Assembly (NCBI RefSeq): GCF_001194135.2
Contig: NC_068995.1
Coordinates: 4,828,644 to 4,865,182 of the forward strand
Length of the DNA: 36,539 bases
DNA from: Octopus bimaculoides
Lineage: Eukaryota
Direction of reading: 5' to 3'
Program-made: the position numbers and the translations under genes
Notes under the pieces: model-generated
Told to the model about the DNA's origin: nothing
Databases searched by the model: none
The model's input: the letters and a program-made list of their open reading frames with translations, nothing else
In this document: in pieces, positions 22,438 through 32,998 of the stretch
How the letters are laid out: each line of letters starts with the position of its first letter
Numbering within the stretch: the stretch's first letter is position 1

Positions 22438-22954
22438 AAGCACACACACACAGACATGCACACAAACAGACACGCACAAACGCGTTTGTGTTCCTGTTAA
22501 TCAATTGAATGACATAATAGTTTGAGTATTATGTCAATGATATCAGATGTGGGTTACGATATCTAAGAAGAAGAAGAAGAACAACAACAACAACAACCAA
22601 GTTGATAACATCGTTATCAGTTAACAGAGCATCACCCCTGTCTCCACGATTTGTCACTTCGTCACTAAACATCTGATACCAGTCTGTCCTCCCCGTATCT
22701 CTGTGGCACCTCGTCACCCTGTCCTCTGTGTAGACTCCAACGTAATCTCTTTATCAGGAATCTTATCATCGTCAAGATCAACATGGAGTAGTGGTGGTGG
22801 TTGTTGTTGGTGGTGGTGGTGGGTTTTCTTACGATTGGTTGTTGAAGAGTTGTTGGTGTTGGTGGGAGCAGTAATTTCTGGTTATGCACGTGTGTGAGTT
22901 TACGTATGTATTGTATGCGTATGTAGCAAGTAAGTTGAGCGAGTGAGAGATAAG

Positions 22955-23029
<75 letters not shown>

Positions 23030-23562
23030 CTCTGAGCTGCGTGGGGACGTTAAACTCCCTTGTTCGAAAATATAAGGACACAGATAGTGTGTCGTATAGC
23101 CAACTGGAGACGATGTTTCCTGGGGCTAAATAACCGTAACAATCGTCCTAACGAGGACTGCCGCATTTTGTTGGCAAATAATTTTTACTTTAAGTAGCTG
23201 AGTACTCTGTAGACATGTTTATCCTTTACGTAATTTTCTGGCACAGTCAAGCTGACATAGCAAGTGTGACAACACCAGTGGATTGCACCTGAATTCAAAA
23301 GGACAGACAAGCTTCTTTACAGTTTCTGTCTACCTAAAAATCAATCACAGGATACGGATCGATCTACAGCTATAGAACGCAGTGGAATCGAAACCGATAT
23401 TCCGTCGTTACAAAACTTAATTATTTAAATATAAGATTTAATGTCGCGTTAAACAAATTGCATGCAAATAAGCAGCACCAGTTCTCTGAAGCTTCTAGAT
23501 TTGACGAATAAATAAACAGGCTGGTTGCTTGTTTGTCTGGAATTGGTCAAATGGATGTTGAC

Positions 23563-23605
23563 ACCTCTGATGAGAGCTCAATAAGGTTCGAAAATCGAAT
23601 AAGGT
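23563..23605 (+). ncRNA. Minimal type I hammerhead ribozyme motif
   Basis: ACCT-CTGATGA-GAGCT caataa GGTTC-GAA-AATCGAAT-A-AGGT. Intact core, 4-bp stem I (ACCT/AGGT), stem II with G:U pairs, near-palindromic stem III and an AUA triplet. Confidence 0.7.
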
Positions 23606-24085
23606 TGTTCGTCATTTTTTTTTTCAATCTACAAAGAAACAGGTAAACTTGACATGTTTATGTCTACTATGTAGGCTTACATACATATTTGTGAATATGT
23701 ATGCGTCTAGATAGACAGACCGACAGACATAGGCCGAGAGTATTACTGTATAGAACAGATACCTGAAGAAGATCAGAGGGAACAACGGGCGAAACGTTGT
23801 GACAGTAACAAGCAGAGGGAGGACACTAATCTGTACATATCTGTGTGAAACAATAAGATCATATCTCAGAAATCCAGACTATATCTCCTCTTCTTGGCGA
23901 GCGAAGATTTACGGAGGCGGGGGTGAGGCTGGGTGGGCGTTTACGTCCGATAGGTGTGTGCTGATACCCGACGAGTCCAGTTGAAGACAGGCAAGTACAG
24001 CCGCAGAAGGTGGGCTGACCAGGTTGGTCTTAGTGTCTTTGTTTTTTTCCTTCATTTTCTCTTGTCTACAACAATGGTCTTGCAG

Positions 24086-24119
24086 TTGTCTTCAATAGCA
24101 GGCCGTTGTCCAGAAGAGA
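24086..24119 (+). other. Candidate 34-nt micro-exon
   Basis: Preceded by a long pyrimidine-rich tract and TTGCAG; followed by GTAAGA. Two of three frames are open ([10 protein letters not shown] or [11 protein letters not shown]). Splice motifs only. Confidence 0.25.
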
Positions 24120-24371
24120 GTAAGATGCCAGGCTTTTAGGTCAGCTACGAGAACTGACCACTGTTGATGAAACATATATACGTGTGTGTGTGTGTGTGTG
24201 TGTGTGTGCTCTTCAAAATTGCACATAAAACGAAAAACAAAAGACAGACAGATAAGGGAATAATAAGGTATATTAGTTTGACGCTCAGGAAAAATGGAAT
24301 TGTCTTTTCTATATATACATACATATATATATATATATACATATATATGCATATGTATATATACATACATG

Positions 24372-24402
<31 letters not shown>

Positions 24403-24416
24403 GCATATGTATATAT

Positions 24417-24470
<54 letters not shown>

Positions 24471-25316
24471 NNNNNNNNNNNNNNNNNNNNNNNNNNNNNN
24501 NNNNNNNNNNNNNNNNNNNNNNNNNNNNNNNNNNNNNNNNNNNNNNNNNNNNNNNNNNNNNNNNNNNNNNNNNNNNNNNNNNNNNNNNNNNNNNNNNNNN
24601 NNNNNNNNNNNNNNNNNNNNNNNNNNNNNNNNNNNNNNNNNNNNNNNNNNNNNNNNNNNNNNNNNNNNNNNNNNNNNNNNNNNNNNNNNNNNNNNNNNNN
24701 NNNNNNNNNNNNNNNNNNNNNNNNNNNNNNNNNNNNNNNNNNNNNNNNNNNNNNNNNNNNNNNNNNNNNNNNNNNNNNNNNNNNNNNNNNNNNNNNNNNN
24801 NNNNNNNNNNNNNNNNNNNNNNNNNNNNNNNNNNNNNNNNNNNNNNNNNNNNNNNNNNNNNNNNNNNNNNNNNNNNNNNNNNNNNNNNNNNNNNNNNNNN
24901 NNNNNNNNNNNNNNNNNNNNNNNNNNNNNNNNNNNNNNNNNNNNNNNNNNNNNNNNNNNNNNNNNNNNNNNNNNNNNNNNNNNNNNNNNNNNNNNNNNNN
25001 NNNNNNNNNNNNNNNNNNNNNNNNNNNNNNNNNNNNNNNNNNNNNNNNNNNNNNNNNNNNNNNNNNNNNNNNNNNNNNNNNNNNNNNNNNNNNNNNNNNN
25101 NNNNNNNNNNNNNNNNNNNNNNNNNNNNNNNNNNNNNNNNNNNNNNNNNNNNNNNNNNNNNNNNNNNNNNNNNNNNNNNNNNNNNNNNNNNNNNNNNNNN
25201 NNNNNNNNNNNNNNNNNNNNNNNNNNNNNNNNNNNNNNNNNNNNNNNNNNNNNNNNNNNNNNNNNNNNNNNNNNNNNNNNNNNNNNNNNNNNNNNNNNNN
25301 NNNNNNNNNNNNNNNN

Positions 25317-25360
<44 letters not shown>

Positions 25361-25966
25361 AACACACACACACATACATTCACGCTAAAACAAAACCGCG
25401 CATACTCACACCTTCATAATTACACACATACATAGAAACCAAGTTGTTTGCAACTGTTTCTTTGATCAATTGTTGTTGCTGTCGCTGTTTCCGTCGCGAC
25501 CGTCCCATCAGTTTTATATCAAAGACTACAGTATCCAGCATGTCCTTTTTAGTGGTGATTTGACAAATTATGGCTGCTATTTCTAGTAGATCGGTGGACC
25601 CAGTATAGGCGTATTCGTTGACTATTTGTTGTAAATATACCACAAGATGGCACATCTTGGCGGTATATTTACTGAGAAATTCGTTTGTTATGAATGTTAA
25701 TAAATACGGTGAGATAATACGTTGCCAAGTAAACTGGAATAAGGTAGAAACTTAACCAAAGTTGTTACCAGTATGCGTCGGATGAAACTAGTGAAGGCAA
25801 GAATCGAAACCTTTCAGCTTTAGTAAGTTAAGCCCACACTTAAACCAGGCAACGTGCCCTGAATATTCAGCTTGTAGAAATATCAGACCATATTATAGAG
25901 TGTTCTATGATTGTTCCTTCGTTATAGGGATTATAAAAGCGAAATCGCGCCAGAATCATCGTAAAG

Positions 25967-26060
25967 GTTCGAGAAGGTTCCGGAGCTGATAGATGAACAC
26001 CGGTTTCTTTGTCCCTGCGCGACCTCTATTTAAAAGGCTCACTTCGCCGTCACTACACTT
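25967..26060 (+). promoter_or_regulatory. Candidate heat-shock-type promoter (HSE plus TATA variant)
   Basis: gTTCgaGAAggTTCcgGAGc at 25967-25986 gives three perfect alternating nGAAn units plus one imperfect. TATTTAAAA at 26027-26035 is followed by pyrimidine-rich Inr-like sequence. Confidence 0.45.
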
Positions 26061-26628
26061 CTCCAGGCACGCATCATGAACACAATATCCTCACCTCTCA
26101 CCACACAAATATGTAACCAGCCAATTCATTAGTCATAAACGAAAGAGCGGTAACACTTCGGAAGCAAGACCAACAGGTCCTTTAAAACGACAAGTTTCTT
26201 TGGCTAAAACTCAACCCTGAGTCATAAGGTTCCTTCAACTAGGGTGTCGAAGCATTTGTTCTGCCGTTCACGCGAAGCTTACCCCCTTCTGTTGGTAATG
26301 TAATTACAAACTGCCTTCGATTCGTGCACGTCACAATAAACTATTGGAAAACCATTACGTAATTCTGTAAATGTTATAATAAATTTCGAAAAATATAATT
26401 TCTACAACGTTCGTAGCTGGTTTATTATGGAACAACACGCAACTAAAACTTAATGCCAATCAATAAATACCCATTGAAACCACACGACGAAACAAACCAA
26501 ATCATTTTAATTATCTTCTAATAACATTTTTCTACCCCTGCGTATTTTTATCATATTCCCGACATTAAATAAGCAGATAATCATTTATTAGAAGAAATTA
26601 GCGAGGAAAGATAGATAGATAGATAGGG

Positions 26629-26675
<47 letters not shown>

Positions 26676-27112
26676 NNNNNNNNNNNNNNNNNNNNNNNNN
26701 NNNNNNNNNNNNNNNNNNNNNNNNNNNNNNNNNNNNNNNNNNNNNNNNNNNNNNNNNNNNNNNNNNNNNNNNNNNNNNNNNNNNNNNNNNNNNNNNNNNN
26801 NNNNNNNNNNNNNNNNNNNNNNNNNNNNNNNNNNNNNNNNNNNNNNNNNNNNNNNNNNNNNNNNNNNNNNNNNNNNNNNNNNNNNNNNNNNNNNNNNNNN
26901 NNNNNNNNNNNNNNNNNNNNNNNNNNNNNNNNNNNNNNNNNNNNNNNNNNNNNNNNNNNNNNNNNNNNNNNNNNNNNNNNNNNNNNNNNNNNNNNNNNNN
27001 NNNNNNNNNNNNNNNNNNNNNNNNNNNNNNNNNNNNNNNNNNNNNNNNNNNNNNNNNNNNNNNNNNNNNNNNNNNNNNNNNNNNNNNNNNNNNNNNNNNN
27101 NNNNNNNNNNNN

Positions 27113-27461
27113 TTATTCTTATTCTTTTACTTGTTCCAGTCATTTGACTGCGGCCATGCTGGACCATCACCTTTAGTCGAGCAAATCGACCCCAGCTCTC
27201 ATTCTTTGTAAGCCTAGTACTTATTCTATCGTTAGTTTTTGCCGAACCGCTAAGTCAAGCGATGTTGTGGGGACAAACATACACACACACACACACACAC
27301 ACATATATATGACAGTTTCCGTCAACCAAATCCACTCACAAGGCTTTGGTTAGCCTGAGGCTATAGTAGAAGACACTTGCCCAAGGTGCCACGCAGTGGA
27401 ACTGATCCAGGAACCATGTGTTTGGTATGCAAGCTACTTACCACACAGCCACTCCTGCGCC
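27113..27461 (-). mobile_element. Near full-length tRNA-derived SINE with internal (CA)n
   Basis: Head reverse complement AGGCGCAGGAGTGGCTGTGTGGTAAGTAGCTTGC..., body TTGGGCAAGTGTCTTCTACTATAGCC and tail CAGCATGGCCGCAGTCAAATGACTG. Confidence 0.9.
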
Positions 27462-27840
27462 TACGATTAGTTTCTGAATTTTTCATTCGTCCCTGCAGAG
27501 TCATCAATTTTTCTTGATTTAACTAATGCTATTATCATAGGATCGTTCTATTTGTTTGTCTTTAGTTTGCTCAGAAGTCATAAGAGCGAGACAAATTTGA
27601 ATTGGTGACTGAGCGAAGTATAGAGAGAGAAAGAAAGAGAGCGAGAGAATGATTATGTATTAATGCATATACGTGTGTATGTTCGTACGGATAAATTTAT
27701 ACATACACATCCACACACCCCTGCCGCTTCCTCCCTTAACTCTCCCTGCCACGACAGAGAAGAGCATTCTCACCTGGTTTCTATGCTTTTACCCCTTTTT
27801 TTCATCATTTATTTTTTTGTCACACTCACAGTTTCTCTCT

Positions 27841-27880
27841 TTCTTGTGATGAAGGACAAATGTCCGAAACGATAAGGCAT
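27841..27880 (+). ncRNA. Hammerhead-like motif, C3 mutated to G (probably inactive)
   Basis: GTGATGA-A-GGAC AAAT GTCC-GAAA-CGATAAG. Confidence 0.55.
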
Positions 27881-27972
27881 TTTTTTCTTTCTATTAAAGA
27901 TTTAGTGGACACGTTAAGAGGAACAAACTTTCACAAAAAGATATTAACTTGAAGATTTAATAGAAAGAAAAA

Positions 27973-28012
27973 ATATCTTATCGTTTCGGACATTTGTCCT
28001 TCATCAGAAAAA
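27973..28012 (-). ncRNA. Minimal hammerhead-like motif
   Basis: Minus strand CTGATGA-A-GGAC AAAT GTCC-GAAA-CGAT-A-AG. Core intact, stems I and III weak. Confidence 0.6.
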
Positions 28013-28533
28013 AAAGAGAAAAACAGAGGGTGTGACAAAGATAAATGGTGAAAAAGAGGCGAAGGGTTTGAAACCAGGTATGAATGCTTTTCTATGCGTT
28101 GAGGGAGGGGGTAAGAAGGGAGGGGGTTAGAAGGGAGGAAAGGGTGGGAGTGTAAATGTACATAGAGAAACCTATCAATATGAACATACACACGTATATA
28201 CATATATAGGCGCATGAACGTGTGTGTGTAAATGGTTTATCAGTATCAAGCCAGCTGTTTTAACGTGAAGGGTTAGAAATGTAACCGTTAAACTGATCTA
28301 AACACTTGAGACTTGGCAGCTGTCTGATATTTTGGCGACAACACTTAACTGCCAGGTTACTTTATACGATTCATATTTGAAGAGGAGACACACATACACA
28401 CAAAAATAGTCATGCTTACGTATATTCCCACCTATTCCTGTATACGCATAGCTGGTTACTGTGATATGAACAGTCATCTCTCTCATATCCATCCATCTAT
28501 CTATCTATATACACATTATATATATATATATAT

Positions 28534-28671
28534 AAGTCTTGGAATACTACGCAAGTAAAAGGAATACATACAAAATAACTGGGATAAAGACATACATGTA
28601 CATATACGTTTGCGTGAGTATACGTACACNNNNNNNNNNNNNNNNNNNNNNNNNNNNNNNNNNNNNNNNNN

Positions 28672-28707
<36 letters not shown>

Positions 28708-28819
28708 ATTTGTGTGTGTATTGTATGTGTGTGTGTGTTACTCACATACATAGATATGTAGGTTAAAATGTAAATATAAGTAATTTAACAATACTTTGAT
28801 ACTCTTTTCGGTGGAACTT

Positions 28820-28855
<36 letters not shown>

Positions 28856-28948
28856 TCTTGGAATACTACGCAAGTAAAAGGAATACATACAAAATAACTG
28901 GGATAAAGACATACATGTACATATACGTTTGCGTGAGTATACGTACAC
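28534..28948 (+). repeat. 96-bp direct duplication either side of a 42-N gap
   Basis: 28534-28629 appears identical to 28853-28948 (AAGTCTTGGAATACTACGC...GAGTATACGTACAC). Confidence 0.9.
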
Positions 28949-29506
28949 GCACACATACGTCTGCGTGAGTATACGTACACAGACACACGTATGTACGCAC
29001 ATGCATGCAGGCAGGGAGGCAGGCAGAAACACATGCGATAACTATTGTATGACGTTGTTCATAATCTACGATGAGTTGTGTGTAGATGTTCATGCGATAC
29101 CATATGTTTTATTATAAAATATTCCTGTGGTGTTTTGCCGCTTCCTATAGATCGTATCACGTGGCTTTGTGGTTGGGAAGACGGAAGTGGTTAAACAAAT
29201 ATGGCACAGTTGTTGTCTTCATTCCTCATCCTTTCATTCTTTGTACCTTTCGTTCACACGCAATATCTTTATCTCTCCCCCCCCCGTCGGTTCCCCTACA
29301 TTGTACAGACACTCTTCCACCCCTTTTATCTTCTATCTACCTCAAAATTTGCTTGCTTGTATATATGTGTGTGTGGGTGCATGTGCACACTCCTAAGTTT
29401 CAGTTATGTATGCGTGATAGTATATGTATGTATATCCAAGAATACATATATACACACACATACGTGCATGTATCAAATGAGAGCGCACGTACACACACAC
29501 ACACGC

Positions 29507-29542
<36 letters not shown>

Positions 29543-29708
29543 ACGTATATATGCATGCATATATCTCTTTACTTCGCCAGATCCTTAATGTGAAACAGTG
29601 TGTTAAAATAGCTATTGTATTTTGATAGGGTCAAACTTCCATCTGATTAACACACGTACACATCATACAATAAACACCTCAGCAGAAACTCATACAGTAA
29701 TACATATA

Positions 29709-30165
29709 CAAGATGTTCCGGATAAATTTGACAGTTTGCATAAAAAGGAAAAGAGAGCATAATATCCCATCCCAAAATATAAGTTTTCTTATTTTTTTTT
29801 AAATGAAAAAATATCAGCGAGATTGTGGTTGGAAGAAAACAATTTACTCAAAGTAATTGCCTTCAGTTTCTACCACCGCCTCATGACAGCTTCTCTTTGA
29901 ACATTTTGGTCTTGAGTCACCAGCTTGGCTTTGATGTTGCAGGCAGAACGGTCGGTGTCTTTCTCAGCCGCACTCCATTCATAGTAATCCAAAGGAATAC
30001 AATCGGGAGAATTAAGAGGCCAGAAATTGGTGCTAGTGAAGTCGTAGAAATCGTCCGACAACCACTTCTGACTCTTTCAGGAGGTGCGACAAGATACAGA
30101 ATCCTGCTGGCACAGATATGGTCTTCCAGCAGAAAACATCTCCAGCCAAGGTTTGACTCCAGTCT
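29709..30165 (-). mobile_element. DD37D (maT-type) Tc1/mariner transposase 3' relic with one terminal repeat
   Basis: KPWLEMFSAGRPYLCQQDSVSCRTS*KSQKWLSDDFYDFTSTNFWPLNSPDCIPLDYYEW has 37 residues between the QQD aspartate and the PLD aspartate. C-terminal AVVETEGNYFE* follows a deletion. TIR-like TA|CAAGATGTTCCGGATAAATTTGAC at 29707. Confidence 0.85.
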
Positions 30166-30399
30166 TATTTATCAGTTGTTAAACAGACCTTACAACAAGA
30201 GCAGAATAAAAGTAGAGATTCGAAACTCTACCCTTGGGTGTGCACCCTCATCTATTCCAATGTATAAAATACCAAACAAACATTTGAGGGCAAATTATAT
30301 TTAACCCTTGATTGGAAGTTGGATACGCACGGATTTAGAAGATGTTCTACGATAGGTTAAATGTTATGCTATCTCATTTGAAAGATCGACTTCTTAATA

Positions 30400-30784
30400 C
30401 AGTGATACCTGGCAGTACGAGTTTAATTCGTTCCATGCCCGACCTCGTCTTACGATTTACTCGTTTTACAAATCAATTTTTCCCATTGAAATTAACTAAA
30501 ATATAATTAATCCGCTCCAGCCCCACAAAACCACCCAAAATAAATTATAGGTTTTAAAATAGAAAAAGGTGTAGCTACAAGTAAAATGACAATTATAAAA
30601 TACAAAAACTGCAAAAGAAATATGTAAACTGGTTTTATTAATTGAATTATCTTAAATAGGGGACGATTTGTGTTCTCGTACTGCAGATTTCTGCTCGTAC
30701 TTCAAAGCAAGAATTCGCACGAGTCTCGGCTCGTACAGCAAATTATTCGTACAATGGGGGTACTCGCACTGCGAGGTTCTACTG
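30400..30784. mobile_element. Tigger/pogo-like MITE (385 bp)
   Basis: TA|CAGTGATACCTGGCAGTACGAGT ... ACTCGCACTGCGAGGTTCTACTG|TA gives imperfect TIRs with TA flanks. Repeated subterminal CTCGTAC motifs. Confidence 0.8.
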
Positions 30785-30814
30785 TATATGTGTTGTGTAT
30801 TTGGGTGCCAGACC

Positions 30815-31190
30815 CTTCAAAAGCAGCGCCCTACATGCGCTCTTATACGCAAATCATACGTGGGCTCCTTCGAAGTGGATAGAACATCGATTGGCTATGA
30901 CGCGAAGGGCCATGGAAAGATCCTGGGAATGGGATAACTCGAGAATGGATCAGAGTGAACGATGTGGACATGAAATACCGAAAGCGCAACTTCTGCTGGG
31001 CCGGATATGTTGCAAGGTTTACAGACAATAGGGTGGACCCGTCCAGTTGCCGAGCGGTATCCGAGAGATCGGAAAAAGACACTTGGAAGGCCTCCACGAC
31101 GATAGGAAGACGATTTAGTTAAGCAATTTGAGTCGAGATGGAAAAGATTGGCACAATCAAGACAGAATTATAAGCGCATTGTGACCAGTG
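30815..31190 (+). mobile_element. RTE-clade LINE ORF2 C-terminal relic
   Basis: FKSSALHALLYANHTWAPSK..EHRLAMTRRAMERS, then (with frameshifts) WTRPVAERYPRDRKKTLGRPPRR*EDD. These are typical RTE terminal motifs (LLY..ETW, AMERS, W.P....R..GRP..RW.D). Confidence 0.85.
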
Positions 31191-31404
31191 GTGTATAACA
31201 GTAGCTGACGGTCTGGTCGATAGTGTGATACTGTCACCAACTTAATTCTTCGATGCGAGTCATTTAATCAATGAGAGTGCTCAACACCCCAATAAGTAGT
31301 CAGTGTCGTTACCATGTCTTTGTTAGTTAAACAAACAAAACGAATGAATCATAAATACACTACATGAAAAAGATATGGAATATTGACAACAACTTACTTT
31401 ACGA

Positions 31405-31447
31405 GATATTTAGCTGTTTCAGCAACTATTCACCTCATCAGCCGCTG
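31405..31447 (-). ncRNA. Degenerate hammerhead-like motif
   Basis: Minus strand CTGATGA-GGTGAATAGTTGCT-GAAA-CAGCT-AAAT. Stem II is weak and the stem III/NUH junction is damaged. Confidence 0.4.
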
Positions 31448-32476
31448 CTGAACCAAAGACAGTTTACTTGTTTAGCCACACACAATTTTTATATAACAAA
31501 TGTTGGCATCGCATGTGGTCGGAATAGAATTCGGCCTGGAACGGAACAAATCGATTATATATTTTACCAAGATACAATAACTGTCTTAAAAAGATGGTAG
31601 ATAATACATTTCAATTACTTTAATGGGGGTAATATAAGCTTGGACGCTAAAGTACATGACAGGGGCTGCATATAATAGACAGACAAAACTAAGAGTACGG
31701 TCTTGATTAATCCAAGAAAGATATTTAATTATCGAGTTTACACGATGTCCCAACATGACACTGCATATATATACATATATATNNNNNNNNNNNNNNNNNN
31801 NNNNNNNNNNNNNNNNNNNNNNNNNNNNNNNNNNNNNNNNNNNNNNNNNNNNNNNNNNNNNNNNNNNNNNNNNNNNNNNNNNNNNNNNNNNNNNNNNNNN
31901 NNNNNNNNNNNNNNNNNNNNNNNNNNNNNNNNNNNNNNNNNNNNNNNNNNNNNNNNNNNNNNNNNNNNNNNNNNNNNNNNNNNNNNNNNNNNNNNNNNNN
32001 NNNNNNNNNNNNNNNNNNNNNNNNNNNNNNNNNNNNNNNNNNNNNNNNNNNNNNNNNNNNNNNNNNNNNNNNNNNNNNNNNNNNNNNNNNNNNNNNNNNN
32101 NNNNNNNNNNNNNNNNNNNNNNNNNNNNNNNNNNNNNNNNNNNNNNNNNNNNNNNNNNNNNNNNNNNNNNNNNNNNNNNNNNNNNNNNNNNNNNNNNNNN
32201 NNNNNNNNNNNNNNNNNNNNNNNNNNNNNNNNNNNNNNNNNNNNNNNNNNNNNNNNNNNNNNNNNNNNNNNNNNNNNNNNNNNNNNNNNNNNNNNNNNNN
32301 NNNNNNNNNNNNNNNNNNNNNNNNNNNNNNNNNNNNNNNNNNNNNNNNNNNNNNNNNNNNNNNNNNNNNNNNNNNNNNNNNNNNNNNNNNNNNNNNNNNN
32401 NNNNNNNNNNNNNNNNNNNNNNNNNNNNNNNNNNNNNNNNNNNNNNNNNNNNNNNNNNNNNNNNNNNNNNNNNNNN

Positions 32477-32514
<38 letters not shown>

Positions 32515-32523
<9 letters not shown>

Positions 32524-32700
32524 GACAGACACACATACATTTGCATATATATATATATACACACATACATTTGCATATATATACACACACACATACATTT
32601 GCATATATGTATACACACACATACATTTGCATATATATATATACACACACACATACATTTGGATATATATATATATATATACACACATACATTTGCATAT
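32515..32700. repeat. Microsatellite-derived minisatellite (unit about ATATATACACACATACATTTGC)
   Basis: CATACATTTG recurs about 6 times with variable (TA)/(CA) lengths. Confidence 0.9.
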
Positions 32701-32921
32701 ATATATATATATCAATAAAACACCAACGCCTGTTCTGATACATATACACACACACATTCATATTACATACATATACGCAGACATATGCACACATAAATAC
32801 ATGGACACACATACACACGCATATGCATATATATACACATACAAACACACACATATATAAATACACACACACACACACTTATATATATATATATACACAT
32901 ATATATAAATACGCGCGCTCG

Positions 32922-32998
32922 CAGGAATACCTCAATTTACGTTGGCAATTGATTCCAAGACGTGAGTGACTTAACACGGAAAGCGACGTAACACGAAT
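32922..32998. mobile_element. Possible Tigger-like MITE end
   Basis: CAGGAATACCTCAATTTACG...TTCCAAGAC...CGACGTAACACGAA resembles Tigger termini. No partner TIR found. Confidence 0.3.

Larger units (their letters stand above)
27666..28200. repeat. Diverged inverted repeat pair (about 235-245 bp arms, 57-bp spacer), Penelope-like terminal repeats
   Basis: Arm 1 at 27666-27898 and arm 2 at 27956-28200 in reverse complement. Shared blocks include ATATACGTGTGTATGTTC, CACCTGGTTTC/TACCTGGTTTC, TTTGTCACAC, TGATGAAGGACAAATGTCCGAAACGATAAG and TTTTTTCTTTCTATTAAA. Confidence 0.85.

Noticed and set aside
22510-22536. 10-bp hairpin TGACATAATA-N7-TATTATGTCA
   Set aside because: Too short and AT-rich for a pre-miRNA; expected by chance.
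23760-23806. CTGAAGA...GAAACGTTGTG hammerhead-like arrangement
   Set aside because: No stem II pairing, G at the cleavage position and no adjacent stem I. At best a heavily decayed relic.
25478-25515. Minus-strand CTGATGG...GAAACAGC hammerhead-like string
   Set aside because: A9 is replaced and stems I and III do not form.
29825-30304. 159-aa plus-strand ORF
   Set aside because: Antisense shadow of the DD37D transposase relic.
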